Below are positions 1 to 10,292 of a DNA stretch of 64,000 bases, piece after piece. How positions within the stretch are numbered: position 1 is the stretch's first letter; every line of letters begins with the position of its first letter. Below the pieces are notes generated by a model. It worked only from the letters and a program-made list of their open reading frames with translations. It did not search any database and was not told the origin of the DNA. The stretch is from Candidatus Latescibacterota bacterium. GTDB lineage: Bacteria > Latescibacterota > UBA2968 > GCA-2709665. Both the position numbers and the translations under genes were made by a program. Location of the stretch: assembly GCA_965198095.1 (NCBI GenBank), contig OZ240239.1, positions 2,528,234 to 2,592,233 of the forward strand. The letters run 5' to 3'.

Positions 1-451
1 GCCTGAGTCCCTCTATGCCCACGAAGGCGTCGGCATCCGGTTTGGACGGCGTGGGGTAGACGGGGCCGTAGGTCGCAAAATCACCCCCGGCTTCCGCGCG
101 TCTGAGCTCCTCGGCATTGTGGGCCGAACAGCCGATGAAGAAGCTTCGGCCGAATCGACGACGAACGCTTGCGGGCGACGGACCCAGGGCAGGGAGGTGA
201 ACGCCTGCCGCGCCGACCGCCACGACGATGTCAGGGTGTGAATTGATGACGAGGCGGGCGTCGTAGCACCTCGCGATCTTGACGAGCCTTTCAGCAAGAT
301 GGCGAAGCCGTTCGAGGGGCATCTGCTTCTCGCGGAGTTGAAGAAGACGGATGCCCGCGTCGAGGGCCTCCTCCACGGCACCTTCCACCGAGCGAGGCGC
401 GCAGGACGCACGGTCGACGATCAAGTAGATGGGAGGAAGGGGAAGGTTCAT
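1..451 (-). CDS. thiE: Thiamine-phosphate synthase ThiE, 3'-truncated by the window start (absent from the ORF track because no stop lies in the window)
   Basis: Minus-strand translation from the ATG near 451 gives MNLPLPPIYLIVDRASCAPRSVEGAVEEALDAGIRLLQLREKQ...GCSAHNAEELRRAEAGGDFATYGPVYPT. ThiE-like IYLIxD and LQLREK motifs. Lies directly downstream of thiG. Confidence 0.6.
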   Translation of the reverse strand, partial: MNLPLPPIYLIVDRASCAPRSVEGAVEEALDAGIRLLQLREKQMPLERLRHLAERLVKIARCYDARLVINSHPDIVVAVGAAGVHLPALGPSPASVRRRFGRSFFIGCSAHNAEELRRAEAGGDFATYGPVYPTPSKPDADAFVGIEGLR

Positions 452-460
452 GGAAAAAAA

Positions 461-1261
461 TCAGGTTCGTGGGACGCCCTCCGGCGAAGTAGATGGCGCC
501 GCATAGAGCCTTTTGGGTATCCGGCCTGCCTCATAGGCGAGACGGCCGGCCTCCACTGCCTTTCGCATGGCCGTAGCCATTTTCACGGGGTCTTTTGCGC
601 CGGCCACAGCCGTGTTCAGGAGGACGGCTTCGCAGCCCATTTCGAGGGCGATGGCGGCATCCGATGCCGTTCCCACGCCCGCGTCCACAATCACGGGCAC
701 GGTGAGCGAATCCAGGATGATCCGCAGGTTGTAAGGATTTCGAATGCCGACGCCCGACCCGATCGGCGCGCCGAGAGGCATCACCGCCGCGGCCCCCAAA
801 TCCTCCAGTTTCCGGCAGGTTACCGGGTCGTCGTTGCAGTAGGGGAGCACGGTAAAGCCGTCTTTGATGAGCGTCTCAGCCGCGTCGAGCAGGCCCGGCA
901 CGTCGGGCAGGAGGGTCCGCTCATCTCCGATGACTTCCAGCTTGATCAGGTCTGTCCCAAGCGCTTCTCGGGCCAGGTCGGCCGTGAGCACGGCGTCCCG
1001 AGCCGTGAAGCAGCCCGCCGTGTTGGGGAGGATCGTGACCTGCGAGCGGTCCAGGAGGTCGATCAAGCCTTCTCCGGATGGATCGTTCACGTCGATGCGC
1101 CGGATGCCGACCGTCACGATGTCGGCGCCGCTGGCCCTGATCGCCTCCAACATGACCTGATGGTTGGGATATCGCGCCGTCCCGATCAACAGCCGCGATC
1201 GGTAGGTCTTGCCCGCGATCTCGAGCGTGCCTGGCTTCGTGCCGTCGTGCGTGTCGGTCAT
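461..1261 (-). CDS. thiG: Thiazole synthase ThiG
   Basis: 266 aa ([19 protein letters not shown]...[14 protein letters not shown]...) with a ThiG-typical TIM-barrel sequence. Sits in the thiO-thiS-thiG-thiE context. Confidence 0.9.
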   Translation of the reverse strand: MTDTHDGTKPGTLEIAGKTYRSRLLIGTARYPNHQVMLEAIRASGADIVTVGIRRIDVNDPSGEGLIDLLDRSQVTILPNTAGCFTARDAVLTADLAREALGTDLIKLEVIGDERTLLPDVPGLLDAAETLIKDGFTVLPYCNDDPVTCRKLEDLGAAAVMPLGAPIGSGVGIRNPYNLRIILDSLTVPVIVDAGVGTASDAAIALEMGCEAVLLNTAVAGAKDPVKMATAMRKAVEAGRLAYEAGRIPKRLYAAPSTSPEGVPRT

Positions 1262-1272
1262 GGGTCCGAGCC

Positions 1273-1479
1273 TCAGCCTCCCTGCACGGCGTGAATCACT
1301 TCCATTTGATCTCCCTCGGAGAGGGCTGCGGTCGTCCAGTCCTCTCGTGACACGACTTCTGCATTGACCGCCACGGCGATTCCCTTCACCGACGGATCGA
1401 TTCGGATCCGCGTGAGCAGGTCCAGCACCGTGATTCCGTCCTGAACCGTCTCTTCCTTGCCGTTGAGGACAATACGCAT
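1273..1479 (-). CDS. thiS: Sulfur-carrier protein ThiS (68 aa, C-terminal GG)
   Basis: C-terminal 68 aa of ORF 1273..1728, [10 protein letters not shown]...VIHAVQGG. Its ATG overlaps the thiO stop, consistent with translational coupling. Confidence 0.8.
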   Translation of the reverse strand: MRIVLNGKEETVQDGITVLDLLTRIRIDPSVKGIAVAVNAEVVSREDWTTAALSEGDQMEVIHAVQGG

Positions 1480-2615
1480 CACGACAGGAACCTGTCTAAG
1501 CCGAACGGCTTGATCAGATCGGGCGATTTCCCGGTCAGGATCAGGTCGGCGATGGCCTGGGCGGTGATCGGCGCCAAGAGGAACCCCTTGCGATAATGTC
1601 CCGTGGCCATGATGAGGCCGTCTACGGGCGTCTCCCCCAGGATTGGGGCGTCGTCCCGGCTGCCGGGTCTGAGTCCGGCCTGGACTTCGGCGATGGGGAG
1701 GTCGTAGATCCCGGGCACGGCCTCCCAACCGGCGCGAAGGAGCTCGAAGACCCCGCCGGCCGTTGTCTGCGAATCGTAGCCCATCTCCTCTGATGTCGCC
1801 CCAAGCAACAACTGGCCGTCGTCCCGGGGGACGAGATAGGCCAGCGTGGACGAAGCCAGACGGGCATACCAGATGATCGTTTTCAACGTAAAGCCGTCAT
1901 TCATCCTCAACCTGAGAATCTGGCCGCGGACGGGTCGGACCGGCGGTTTGAGGGAATCGGGTATCCCGGGGATTGTGGCGGACCAGCATCCTGCGGCGAG
2001 CACGACGACGTCCGCGGCGTGAAACTCACCCTGTGCAAGCACCCCTTCCACGCGGTGCCCGTCCAGCTTGAGCGCCTCGACGGGCGTCTGCTCCCGGAGC
2101 GTCCCGCCCGCGCTCTGAAGGGCCAGCACGAGAGCCTCCAGAAAGCGCCGGTTGTCCACCTGATGGTCACCCGGGCACCAGACCGCGGCCGTGATGCTGG
2201 ATGAGAGATGGGGCTCGCGCTCCCGGGCCGCGTCTCCGCTCAGCCAGGTGACCGGCAGGTTCAGATCTTCCTGGTACGCGTATCGAAACCTCAGATGTCC
2301 GACGTCGTCAGGTGTGATGCCGACAACGAGAATGCCGTCGCGTCGATAACCCACGCCGGCACCCGTCTCGCGCTCGAGGTCCCGGACGAACCCGGGGAAC
2401 CTGTCGACGGCATCGAGGCCGAATCTCAGCAGCGTTTCTTCCTGAAACCGCGTCTCCGCGAGCGGGGAAAGCATGCCCGCCGATGCCCAGCTTGCGGCCC
2501 GACCGGCCCGGTCGCGGTCGAAAAGCGTGACCTCCCGCCCGGCTCTCGCCAATAGCCAACCGATACTGAGGCCGATGACGCCGCCGCCCACGATAATGAT
2601 GCGGTCTGTCGACAT
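1479..2615 (-). CDS. thiO: Glycine oxidase ThiO (FAD-dependent)
   Basis: ORF 1479..2930 trimmed to internal M106 ([20 protein letters not shown], the FAD GxGxxG motif). The upstream 105 codons are riboswitch read-through (LNLIRVMLAQG is encoded by the TPP aptamer). Confidence 0.85.
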   Translation of the reverse strand: MSTDRIIIVGGGVIGLSIGWLLARAGREVTLFDRDRAGRAASWASAGMLSPLAETRFQEETLLRFGLDAVDRFPGFVRDLERETGAGVGYRRDGILVVGITPDDVGHLRFRYAYQEDLNLPVTWLSGDAAREREPHLSSSITAAVWCPGDHQVDNRRFLEALVLALQSAGGTLREQTPVEALKLDGHRVEGVLAQGEFHAADVVVLAAGCWSATIPGIPDSLKPPVRPVRGQILRLRMNDGFTLKTIIWYARLASSTLAYLVPRDDGQLLLGATSEEMGYDSQTTAGGVFELLRAGWEAVPGIYDLPIAEVQAGLRPGSRDDAPILGETPVDGLIMATGHYRKGFLLAPITAQAIADLILTGKSPDLIKPFGLDRFLS

Positions 2616-2800
2616 GAAGAGGGCAAAGGATGCAAACGGCAAGAGATGTTCGATCTGCAACGCACAAAAAACACCGCCCTCCGAGATCGATCGAAAAGCG
2701 GTGCCGCCCTTTTCGACTCCCTGCGCCAGCATAACCCGGATCAGGTTCAAAGGGTATGTTCTCAGCCCACGAGATGAGCACCCCCGTTTCCTGCACCTCC
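2616..2800 (-). ncRNA. TPP (THI-box) riboswitch with terminator-type expression platform, leader of thiOSGE
   Basis: The minus-strand transcript contains GGGGTGC...CTGAGA...ACCCTTTGAACCTGATCCGGGTTATGCTGGCGCAGGGA (aptamer about 2712..2795). It is followed by a GC stem plus a U6 tract (GGAGGGCGGTGTTTTTT) about 40 nt before the thiO ATG. Confidence 0.8.
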
Positions 2801-2957
2801 CTAAAGATAACGGTTCACCACCCGGTTCGTCAAGTGGAGGCCGCGGAACGCCGTCATAGGCGCATCGGACACTCAGAGCGCTTAAACTTCTTGACATATC
2901 GGCGTCGCGTGAACTATCTAAGGCGGCCACCGATTCTCAACGAGGTGAGGACGTCGC

Positions 2958-3482
2958 GTGGACCCGAATGCATCTGGATCGGAAAAGGCGCTGGAAGTCC
3001 GGTTGGGGGCGTTGCTGACGCGGCTGGGTTGGACGCTCGCGGTTGTGGAAACGACGACGGGTGGACTGATCGCTTCTCGCGTCGTGGACGTGCCGGGATG
3101 CTCCGCCTATTTCGACCGGGGTCTCGTCGCCTACAGCAGGTTGTCCAAGTTGGACGTGCCAGGGGTAACGGACGTGCTCATCGATACCCACGGTTCCGTC
3201 AGTCCAGGGGTTGCCGTCGCCCTCGCGGAGGGTGTGCGAAAGATGAGCGGCGCTGACCTTGGGCTGGCGGAGACGGGGCTGGCGGGCCCGATCCAAGGAC
3301 GCTCTCCCAAACCGATCGGGTCTGCCGTCGTTGCCCTGTCTGCCTCCGGAGAGACCCTGTACAGGACGTTCATCGTCGAGGGAGATCGACGGCAGATTCG
3401 CCACGGCATTGCCCACCGCGCGCTTGCCTTTGCCGTTTCATTCCTCGAAGGTGGGGGCAGGGAATCGACGTCGGGGCCTTGA
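2958..3482 (+). CDS. CinA C-terminal domain protein / nicotinamide-nucleotide amidohydrolase PncC-like (GTG start)
   Basis: 174 aa. LAVVETTTGGLIASRVVDVPGCSAYFDRGLVAYS and AETGLAGP motifs are typical of the CinA_C/PncC family. Confidence 0.75.
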   Translation: MDPNASGSEKALEVRLGALLTRLGWTLAVVETTTGGLIASRVVDVPGCSAYFDRGLVAYSRLSKLDVPGVTDVLIDTHGSVSPGVAVALAEGVRKMSGADLGLAETGLAGPIQGRSPKPIGSAVVALSASGETLYRTFIVEGDRRQIRHGIAHRALAFAVSFLEGGGRESTSGP

Positions 3483-3500
3483 AAAATCATCACTTTGCGC

Positions 3501-3529
3501 TTGACTTGAGGTCTGGGTTTGCATAATTT
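3501..3529 (+). promoter_or_regulatory. Sigma-70-like promoter candidate (TTGACT, 17 bp spacer, TAATTT)
   Basis: TTGACTtgaggtctgggtttgcaTAATTT read directly from the sequence. It lies between pncC and infA. Confidence 0.4.
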
Positions 3530-3596
3530 CTTTTCTGGACTGTATAAGGAGATCAGCCCCGAATAATCCGTGCAAAAGCGTTTCGTTACGAAGAGG

Positions 3597-3630
3597 CAAA
3601 GATGCGGAGGCGTGATCTTTGCTTTTTTTT
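3597..3630 (+). terminator. Intrinsic-terminator-like hairpin (CAAAGAT/ATCTTTG stem, 11-nt loop, T8 tract)
   Basis: caaagatgcggaggcgtgatctttg followed by cttttttttgg. It lies about 65 nt upstream of the infA ATG and about 60 nt downstream of the promoter candidate above. It is either the pncC terminator or the 3' end of a roughly 95-nt leader/sRNA. Confidence 0.5.
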
Positions 3631-3696
3631 GGACGCGACTCGGCTCCCGAACCGTCGTTGCACGGAGATCCTGAAGGCCCAAACTTCGGAGGATGT

Positions 3697-3981
3697 ATGG
3701 CAAAAGAGGAAAAGGTTCAGTTGGAAGGTACGATCGTAGACAACCTGCCCGATGGTCAGTACACAGTCGAAATCGAGGGGGGGCACCGCATTCTGGGCTA
3801 TACCTCTGGCAAGATGAGAAAATTCAACATTCGAATCCTCGTTGGAGATCGCGTCACCATAGAGACGTCACCTTATGATTTGAATCGTGGGCGGATCACC
3901 TGGCTGCACAAGCTGCCCGCGTCGGAAGAGTTCGGCGCCAGAAGAGGAGGCGGACGTAGATTTCGAAAGCGCCGCCGCTAG
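3697..3981 (+). CDS. infA: Translation initiation factor IF-1 with an Arg-rich C-terminal extension
   Basis: MAKEEKVQLEGTIVDNLPDGQYTVEIEGGHRILGYTSGKMRKFNIRILVGDRVTIETSPYDLNRGRITW aligns with the S1-like IF-1 fold. RBS GGAGG lies upstream. An extra tail KLPASEEFGARRGGGRRFRKRRR follows. Confidence 0.9.
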   Translation: MAKEEKVQLEGTIVDNLPDGQYTVEIEGGHRILGYTSGKMRKFNIRILVGDRVTIETSPYDLNRGRITWLHKLPASEEFGARRGGGRRFRKRRR

Positions 3982-4192
3982 CACTGCCCCCGCCGTCGTC
4001 CTTGATCCTGCCTTATCCATCCCCGCTTGCGCGTTACACCCGACATCTTCCCTAAGGGACCGGTGAACAGGAGCGCGTTCGTTTCGCTCTACCGGGCGGC
4101 CAGGGCTGCGTGGATCGCCTGTGATTGGCGCCTCGCGCGAAGCCCCTGGGCGTTGAAGACGACGCGCGGAGACCTGACCCGCACCCCAACCC

Positions 4193-6665
4193 TCATATAT
4201 CGACCTTCGTCCACAGAAAGAGGCTGCGTGTGGCGGCTGGGAAGAAGGAAGCGCCTTCTCCGTGCGTCTCGTAGAGTCGGTCCAGGAGGTTGTTGAGATC
4301 CATCCGGATCTCGAACCGCTTCCCCCGAAGCTTGCGCCCCAGGTCGTAGGCGAGGCTCAAGTTGAGGACCGTATAGGGCTCCACGAACAGGCCGACATAT
4401 TCCGGATGCTGACGCAGCTCCGGGCGCTTCCTGTTGTTCTGCGTGTTGTCGGTGTACTTCTTGCCGACGTAGTGCGCGGATAGAGATGCGCGAAACCCAT
4501 TCTCTTCATATGTCAACCGGGCGTTGGCCAAAAGATTGGGGAATCCCGCGATCGGGTTGCCGTCGAGCGCAATCGGCTGTCCGCCTTCGAAGATCGTGTG
4601 GTCTTCAAACGTGTTGCGGCTGTAGCTCAGGTTGCCTCCAAGCGTCAAGGGGCGGGCAACCCGCAACGCAGCCGTCCATTCGATCCCGCGGTGCAGGGTC
4701 TTGTCGGCGTTCCCGGTGACGGGCTGACCGTAGAGGTCGAGCTGCCCGTTCTTGACGATCTCATCCCTGAAGTTCATCCAGAAGAGGTTCACGTTGGCGT
4801 GGACGTTCGCAGACCGATATCCGGCGCCGATTTCGATATCGTTCAGTTTTTCCGGCTTGGCCAGCGGCCGGTCGAAGTCGAATGCGGCACCCTCCGCGCG
4901 GCGCTCGAATTCAGGTTGGGTTTCCGCCGCTCGACCCGCTCGCATCATACAGGTTCTGTCTGCGGGGCTCCCGTGAGGTCCTGGAGAAGTTCAGATAGAA
5001 GTTGAGCCTGTCGGAGAGATTGTAATTGGCCCCCACCTGGGGATTGAAGAAGGTATAGGGGACGGTGAAGGCCGTGTTTACGAATTTTTCGTCGAACAGT
5101 CTGTAACGTTTGTAGGCCAACTGTAGATTGACCATCAGGTTCAGCCGGTCCGTGGCCCGGTGGTTGTGGTTCAGGTAGGGCGAAACGATCCATTTCGCGC
5201 CCTTGTATTCGTAAAAGCGGTACTCCGGAATGATCTCGGGAGGCAGGTTCTCGGCCCAGCGTATCTTTCCCCAGTGGAGAGACTGGTGGTAGCGAAGCTC
5301 CAGACCCGCTTCGGTCCTGGACCTGTCGGAACGGTAGGAAAGCCTGGGCAGCCACCCGCCCTGGCGGTTGTTTACGAACGCCCGAATCAGCGATTGGCCC
5401 GGGTTGGCGTCGGGCGTGAAGCCGTTCTCCGCCGTGAGTCGATAATAGGTGGTATCGGCCCACGAGCCGTCGAAGTCGAAGAACCCACCGCCCTGGACGT
5501 AGAACAGCGTGTTGTGGAGGGTCGTTGACGGGGAGAGTCTCTGTTCGTGAATGAGCTCGTAATGAGGTTGGTGGAAGTCTTCGATCTCTTCATCTCCCAC
5601 GATCGGGTTCTCTCTGCGGAGTGTCCGGTCGCGCAGGGCGTTCACGCGCGCGCCGTCCACGGTCTTGAAGCGCGCCGTCCCGTAGAAGTTGAGGTGGTCT
5701 CTGTTCAGGCTGCCGTAGATGTGCAGGCGTGCCGTGGACGCTTCCGTGTAGTAGGCCGCTCCGAAGAAGTAGGAGAGGAAGTCGACCCAGGCCCCGTTCC
5801 GATATCCGTCCGTCATCGTCTTGCTGAAATGGGCGTGAAGCGCCAGTCGGTCCTCCACGAGCCCCGAATTGAGCGTGACGCCCAGCTTTCTCGTATCGTA
5901 GCTTCCGTAGCCCGCCGTCACGGTCAGCTTCGGCTCGCGACTGAACCGTTCGGTGACAAGGTTGATCGACCCGCCGATCGCCGCCGGCCCATAAAAGGCG
6001 CTGCCCGATCCGCGCTGGACCTGGATGTCCTGAAGGCTGGATGCCAGGTCGGGGAAGTTGACCCAGTAGACATTGTGGTCCTCCGGGTCGTTTTGAGGCA
6101 CGCCGTTGATCATGACGGAGATCCTGCGCTGATCGAATCCCCTGAGGGTCAGGTAGTTGTAACCGATCGCGTTTTCGCTCTCGGAGTAGGTCGTGCTCGA
6201 GGGAAGCTCGGACAGGAGCGTGGGGATCCCCTGCGTGTGGAAACGGTCCTCCAGCTCTCCCCGGGTGATGTTGCTGAACGTGACCGGGGTTTCCCGGTCT
6301 ACCGCCCGGGTTGCGGTCACCGTGATGACGTCGCCGGGCAGCGCGGTCAGCTTCAAGAGGAAGTCGAGTCGCGCGGTATCGGCGTCCAGCGTCATCCGCT
6401 TTGTTGCGGGCGCGTATCCGATGCGCGTCGCCCTCACGGTGAATGCCCGGAGATCGAGGTTCTCTATCCTGAAATATCCCTCCGGACCGGTCTGGCCGCC
6501 CCTTTTGAGCTCCAGAACTTCGATGTTCACGCCTTCGAGAGGGGTTCCCGTGTCGTGATCGGCGACACGTCCAAGCAGGACGGCCGCATCTGCGCGGTCC
6601 GGCAGCACCGTGGCTGTCAACAAGAAGATCAACATCCATGACCGGGTCAACACGTTAGCCTCCAC
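4193..6665 (-). pseudogene. TonB-dependent receptor (CarboxypepD_reg N-domain, plug, beta-barrel) split by a frameshift near 4911-4948; TPP-riboswitch controlled
   Basis: ORF 4911..6665 (584 aa) carries the CarboxypepD_reg-like domain, plug and start of the barrel. ORF 4193..4948 (251 aa, different frame, 38-nt overlap) is the barrel C-terminus. Combined length is about 824 aa. First codon is GTG. Confidence 0.7.
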
Positions 6666-6815
<150 letters not shown>

Positions 6816-6967
6816 AACGACATCAAGTCTGAAAAAGAGCGACGTTACGTAGAAAGAAACTAAACAGAATGACGCATTTCGTCAAGGACCGGATGGACAG
6901 CTTGGATTACCCGGGCCCGTCGTAGGAGAAGTCCCGGCCACCGGGCCGACGAAGCGCCGTCGGCTGC

Positions 6968-7912
6968 TCACCCGGCAGCCTTGCCGGCTCTGGCCCGCTC
7001 GGCGTAGGCTCTGGCCTGACCCGGGATGTCTACGCCGACGGCGTCGGACCAGGCGCTCAACAGTTTGCGATAGATCGGCCCGGGTCTTCCGTCACCTACC
7101 GGATCGAATTCAAACCGGGTGATGGGCGTCATGCAGGGGTTGGTGCTGGTGCGCCAGGCTTCCTCCGCGATTCGCACATCGTAGGGTTCAATGTCGGCCT
7201 CGTGGACGGGGATGCCGTGTTCGGCGGCCAGGTCCAGGCAGAACTGGCGGGATACGCCGCGCAGGATTTCGTGCGGCCTGGGGGTGAAGATTTCACCGCC
7301 GCGGGCCATGAAGAAATTGCTCGCCGTGCCCTCGGTGATGAAGCCACGTTCGTCCGTGAGCAGGGCATAGGCGCCCTTCTCGATGCGGCTGGCCTGGAGG
7401 TCGGCCAGTTTGTAGTGGAGGCGGCAGCGAGTCTTGGCCTTGGGATCGATGTAACGCGAGGGGATAGACTTCTGGACCGGGATCACGAAATGGACCCCTT
7501 TTTCGTATTCGGGGAACAAGAGTGACAGGTGGGGAACGAGCGACATGACGTCGATGACGACGATCGGCCCCGTCCCTTCTTTAACTTCCGACTCGTAGGG
7601 CGGAACCACGCCGCGGGTGACGTTGTGCAGGATGCGATAATCGAGTCCGTCGAGCACGTCGAGGTTGCGCGCGATCGTTTCGTGCGTGGCAACTTCCATC
7701 TCGTCCATCGTGAGGCCGCAGTCGATTTCAGCATAGCGCAGGGAGGCGTAGAGCCGTTCGAGGTGTTCGCGGAGGAGGAAGGGCGTCTGGTTGAACGACC
7801 GGGTGGCCTCGAAGACCATGTCTCCGAAGAAGAGGGAGGAGTCGAAGATCGAGATTCGGGCCTCAGCGGCGGGGACGAACAGACCGTTGAAGTAGATGAT
7901 GCGTTTCGACAT
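6968..7912 (-). CDS. Class IV aminotransferase (branched-chain / D-amino-acid aminotransferase family)
   Basis: ORF trimmed to M44 (MSKRIIYFNGLFVPAAEARISIFDSSLFFGDMVFEATRSF). Fold-type IV PLP-enzyme signature; 315 aa. Confidence 0.75.
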   Translation of the reverse strand: MSKRIIYFNGLFVPAAEARISIFDSSLFFGDMVFEATRSFNQTPFLLREHLERLYASLRYAEIDCGLTMDEMEVATHETIARNLDVLDGLDYRILHNVTRGVVPPYESEVKEGTGPIVVIDVMSLVPHLSLLFPEYEKGVHFVIPVQKSIPSRYIDPKAKTRCRLHYKLADLQASRIEKGAYALLTDERGFITEGTASNFFMARGGEIFTPRPHEILRGVSRQFCLDLAAEHGIPVHEADIEPYDVRIAEEAWRTSTNPCMTPITRFEFDPVGDGRPGPIYRKLLSAWSDAVGVDIPGQARAYAERARAGKAAG

Positions 7913-8144
7913 AGCGTCTTCCTTCAGCACCCTGCCTGAGAACGTTCGGAGCGTCGCAAAGCTCGCGACCGACGGATCGCTCGGACGCAGGAATACGACG
8001 TTCGCGCGTTGCGTGATCCGGCGGAAGGCCTGGCCTTTCAATGCCGAAGTAATTTAAGGATCGCCTTCCGATTCGCGAAACCTTTTTGACGTGAATAACC
8101 AGATCCCCCGAGGCAAATGATCAACAGGGAACGCGTCTGGGGGT

Positions 8145-8645
8145 TTACATCGCTTCCGGTTCCGGTTCAAAGGCGCCCGAATCGTGGAACTCTCTTCTGT
8201 CTCTTTGTGGAGGTCTTCGCCGATGATCAGGCCGGGGTCCCCTCATTCGGTCACCCCTCCTCTTCATCCGCTTCAGCTTGTCAAGTTGCGCCTTCGAGAG
8301 GATTTTCTTCACGCTCAGCAGGTGATTGATCCGTTTCTCGAGCATCTTCGAGCGTGCTCTGGTCACTTCGGCCATCCCTTTCCTTACCGCGGTCGGGTCG
8401 GGATCGGACTGCCTCAGCGTTGCGCGCAGGTCGATGCGGGCGATCTTGAGGTCGGCTCTGAGGCGAGCCATCCCCTTGGCTCGCGAATGACGGAGTTCCT
8501 GCAGCTTTCCGCGCTGCACTTCGGTCAGGTCCAGCGCCTTCCAATCGGGCCCTCGATGCCGGCGATTTCGGCCGGGGTCCGCGTCTGATGCGACCGGCAA
8601 CAGGACGATCGCAGTCAAGATGGCCACGACAGATCTGGAGATCAT
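8145..8645 (-). CDS. Periplasmic Spy/CpxP-family (LTXXQ-motif) stress protein
   Basis: Signal peptide MISRSVVAILTAIVLLPVASDA. Two LTXXQ-like motifs (DLTEVQRGKLQEL and LSKAQLDKLKRM). Basic C-terminal tail. Confidence 0.5.
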   Translation of the reverse strand: MISRSVVAILTAIVLLPVASDADPGRNRRHRGPDWKALDLTEVQRGKLQELRHSRAKGMARLRADLKIARIDLRATLRQSDPDPTAVRKGMAEVTRARSKMLEKRINHLLSVKKILSKAQLDKLKRMKRRGDRMRGPRPDHRRRPPQRDRREFHDSGAFEPEPEAM

Positions 8646-8668
8646 GAATGTCGCCTCCTTTTTCGGTT

Positions 8669-9118
8669 TTACCATTTCCATCCACCTCTCTTTCTCCCTC
8701 CCCGTCGGTCCATTTTGCTCCTCATCTTCTCGATCCTGCTCGTCATGTTGTCGAACTTCTCCGTCTGCTCCGGAGTCAGGTCCTCTCGGATCTTGGACTT
8801 CGTATCGTTCGAAAGCGCGTTCATCTTCTCGCGGACGGCACGCTGAATGTCGTGCGCGGCCCGCCGACTCTCATCCAGGGTCCGCCGGATCTCCAGCTGC
8901 TGGTCGTCGGTCAGGTCCAGGTTCTGAATAAGCCGGCGAACCAGGCGATCTCGAACGGGGCGCCCGGAGAACGACCTATCCGCGTGCGGAGACATGAAAT
9001 ATGACTTGTCGTGGCGGAGCAGCACCCATCGCTCGATCGTGGCGCCAACCACGATACCGAGCAAAAAGATGCCCAATCCGAGCAGAACCGCCTTGGTGCG
9101 TGAAGATAAAGAGATCAT
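8669..9118 (-). CDS. Membrane-anchored Spy/CpxP-like (LTXXQ-motif) protein
   Basis: N-terminal TM segment (LLGLGIFLLGIVVGA). Motifs LDLTDDQQLEIRR and LTPEQTEKF. Directly downstream of the anti-sigma gene. Confidence 0.5.
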   Translation of the reverse strand: MISLSSRTKAVLLGLGIFLLGIVVGATIERWVLLRHDKSYFMSPHADRSFSGRPVRDRLVRRLIQNLDLTDDQQLEIRRTLDESRRAAHDIQRAVREKMNALSNDTKSKIREDLTPEQTEKFDNMTSRIEKMRSKMDRRGGRKRGGWKW

Positions 9119-9597
9119 CGGTCACCTCGGTTCGTTGTAGGTTCGATCCCGGAGCCCAACAAGAAAAGAATATCGTCTCGGGAGAGCTCACGTTCGCTCA
9201 AGGCCACGACCTCGACACCTTGCGGATCCCACTGGGCCTCCAGGAAGTCTTCGATGGTCACCCGGACATCGCTGCCGTTGGGCGTGGGTAGCACGAAAAA
9301 CAGAATGACCGCGGCCGCGGCCAGCAGCGGAACGAGGCGTCTGCCCGCCCACTCGAATGGACCCCAGAGGGGCAGAGCCCGTTCCTTCTGAATACGCTCC
9401 GCCAGGCCCTCCCAAAGATCGGGTGCGGGCTCCTCGGGCCGGCTTCCGATGAGGCGCTGAGTGCGCCGCAGGTAGGCCAATTCCTCTCGGCAGCACCGGC
9501 AGTGCGGGAGGTGATCCTCTACCTGACGCGTCTCTATCTCGGAGAGGCCATCATCCAGATAGGCTGGGAGCAGATCCTCGACGTGGGTCCCATTCAT
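9115..9597 (-). CDS. Anti-sigma factor, zf-HC2 type (single TM)
   Basis: Trimmed to M35 (MNGTHVEDLLPAYLDDGLSEIETRQVEDHLPHCRCCREEL, an HxxxCxxC zinc motif). The ATGA overlap with the sigma gene stop supports the sigma/anti-sigma pairing. Confidence 0.65.
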   Translation of the reverse strand: MNGTHVEDLLPAYLDDGLSEIETRQVEDHLPHCRCCREELAYLRRTQRLIGSRPEEPAPDLWEGLAERIQKERALPLWGPFEWAGRRLVPLLAAAAVILFFVLPTPNGSDVRVTIEDFLEAQWDPQGVEVVALSERELSRDDILFLLGSGIEPTTNRGDR

Positions 9598-10184
9598 GCC
9601 GATTCCTTTCCTGTCCATTCGTTGTAAATGGGCCGAAGTGCGTCTCTCATTTCCGCCCGTGCGCGAGAGAGCCTGGATTTTACCGTGCCGAGCGAACACC
9701 CCACGGTCTCTGCGATCTCTTCCTGCGACAGCCCTTCCATGTCCTTGAGCACGATCGCCATCCGATGGTCGGGCGAAAGGGTGTTGAGGACCGTCTGGAT
9801 GATCTGCCTCAGCTCCTCGCGCTCCACCTCGCCGTCTGGACGCTCAGTGTCAAACAGCGTTTCAGGGACGATCTCGCCCGACCGGGTCAGACGATCCAGC
9901 GAATCCATTTCCCCGCATCGGTGCGCTTTGCGGGCCAGATCCAGACAGATGTTCAGCGAGATTCGATAGAGCCAGGTGTAGAACGTGGACTTGGCCCGAA
10001 ACCCGGCGAGCGCCTGGTAGGCCTTCAAGAAGGCTTCCTGCGCGGCATCCCGGGCCAGCTCGCGATCTCCGATGATCGCACAGGCCAGCGTGTAGATCCT
10101 TGCCTCGTAGCGCTCCACGAGGGCCCGGAAGGCCTGGTGATCTCCCTGCTGACTTCGCTCGACCAGCTTCAGCTCTGCGTCCAT
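9594..10184 (-). CDS. ECF (sigma-70 family, RpoE-like) sigma factor
   Basis: 196 aa with region 2 (FYTWLYRISLNICLDLARK) and region 4 (GLSQEEIAETVGCSLGTVKSRLSRAR) motifs. Confidence 0.85.
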   Translation of the reverse strand: MDAELKLVERSQQGDHQAFRALVERYEARIYTLACAIIGDRELARDAAQEAFLKAYQALAGFRAKSTFYTWLYRISLNICLDLARKAHRCGEMDSLDRLTRSGEIVPETLFDTERPDGEVEREELRQIIQTVLNTLSPDHRMAIVLKDMEGLSQEEIAETVGCSLGTVKSRLSRARAEMRDALRPIYNEWTGKESA

Positions 10185-10292
10185 TCAGGCCCCTGGAGGC
10201 GAAATCGATCGTCGCAACCCGAGGGAAGTCAGGCGACTCCATTCAGCGCGATCCGGTTAGAAGGCCCTGCCGGGTCCGTGCGTTCCAATGGC

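Noticed and set aside
13-411. 132-aa minus-strand ORF
   Set aside because: It is the wrong frame over thiE. The adjacent minus frame gives a clean ThiE-like protein with no stops to the window edge.
299-1294. 331-aa plus-strand ORF
   Set aside because: It lies entirely antisense to the well-supported thiG. It is Arg/Gly/Ala-rich, typical of spurious ORFs on the opposite strand of GC-rich genes.
5547-6641. 364-aa plus-strand and 349-aa minus-strand ORFs (5590..6639)
   Set aside because: They are alternative frames of the TonB-dependent receptor gene and low-complexity (R/G/P-rich). The receptor frame has clear domain homology.
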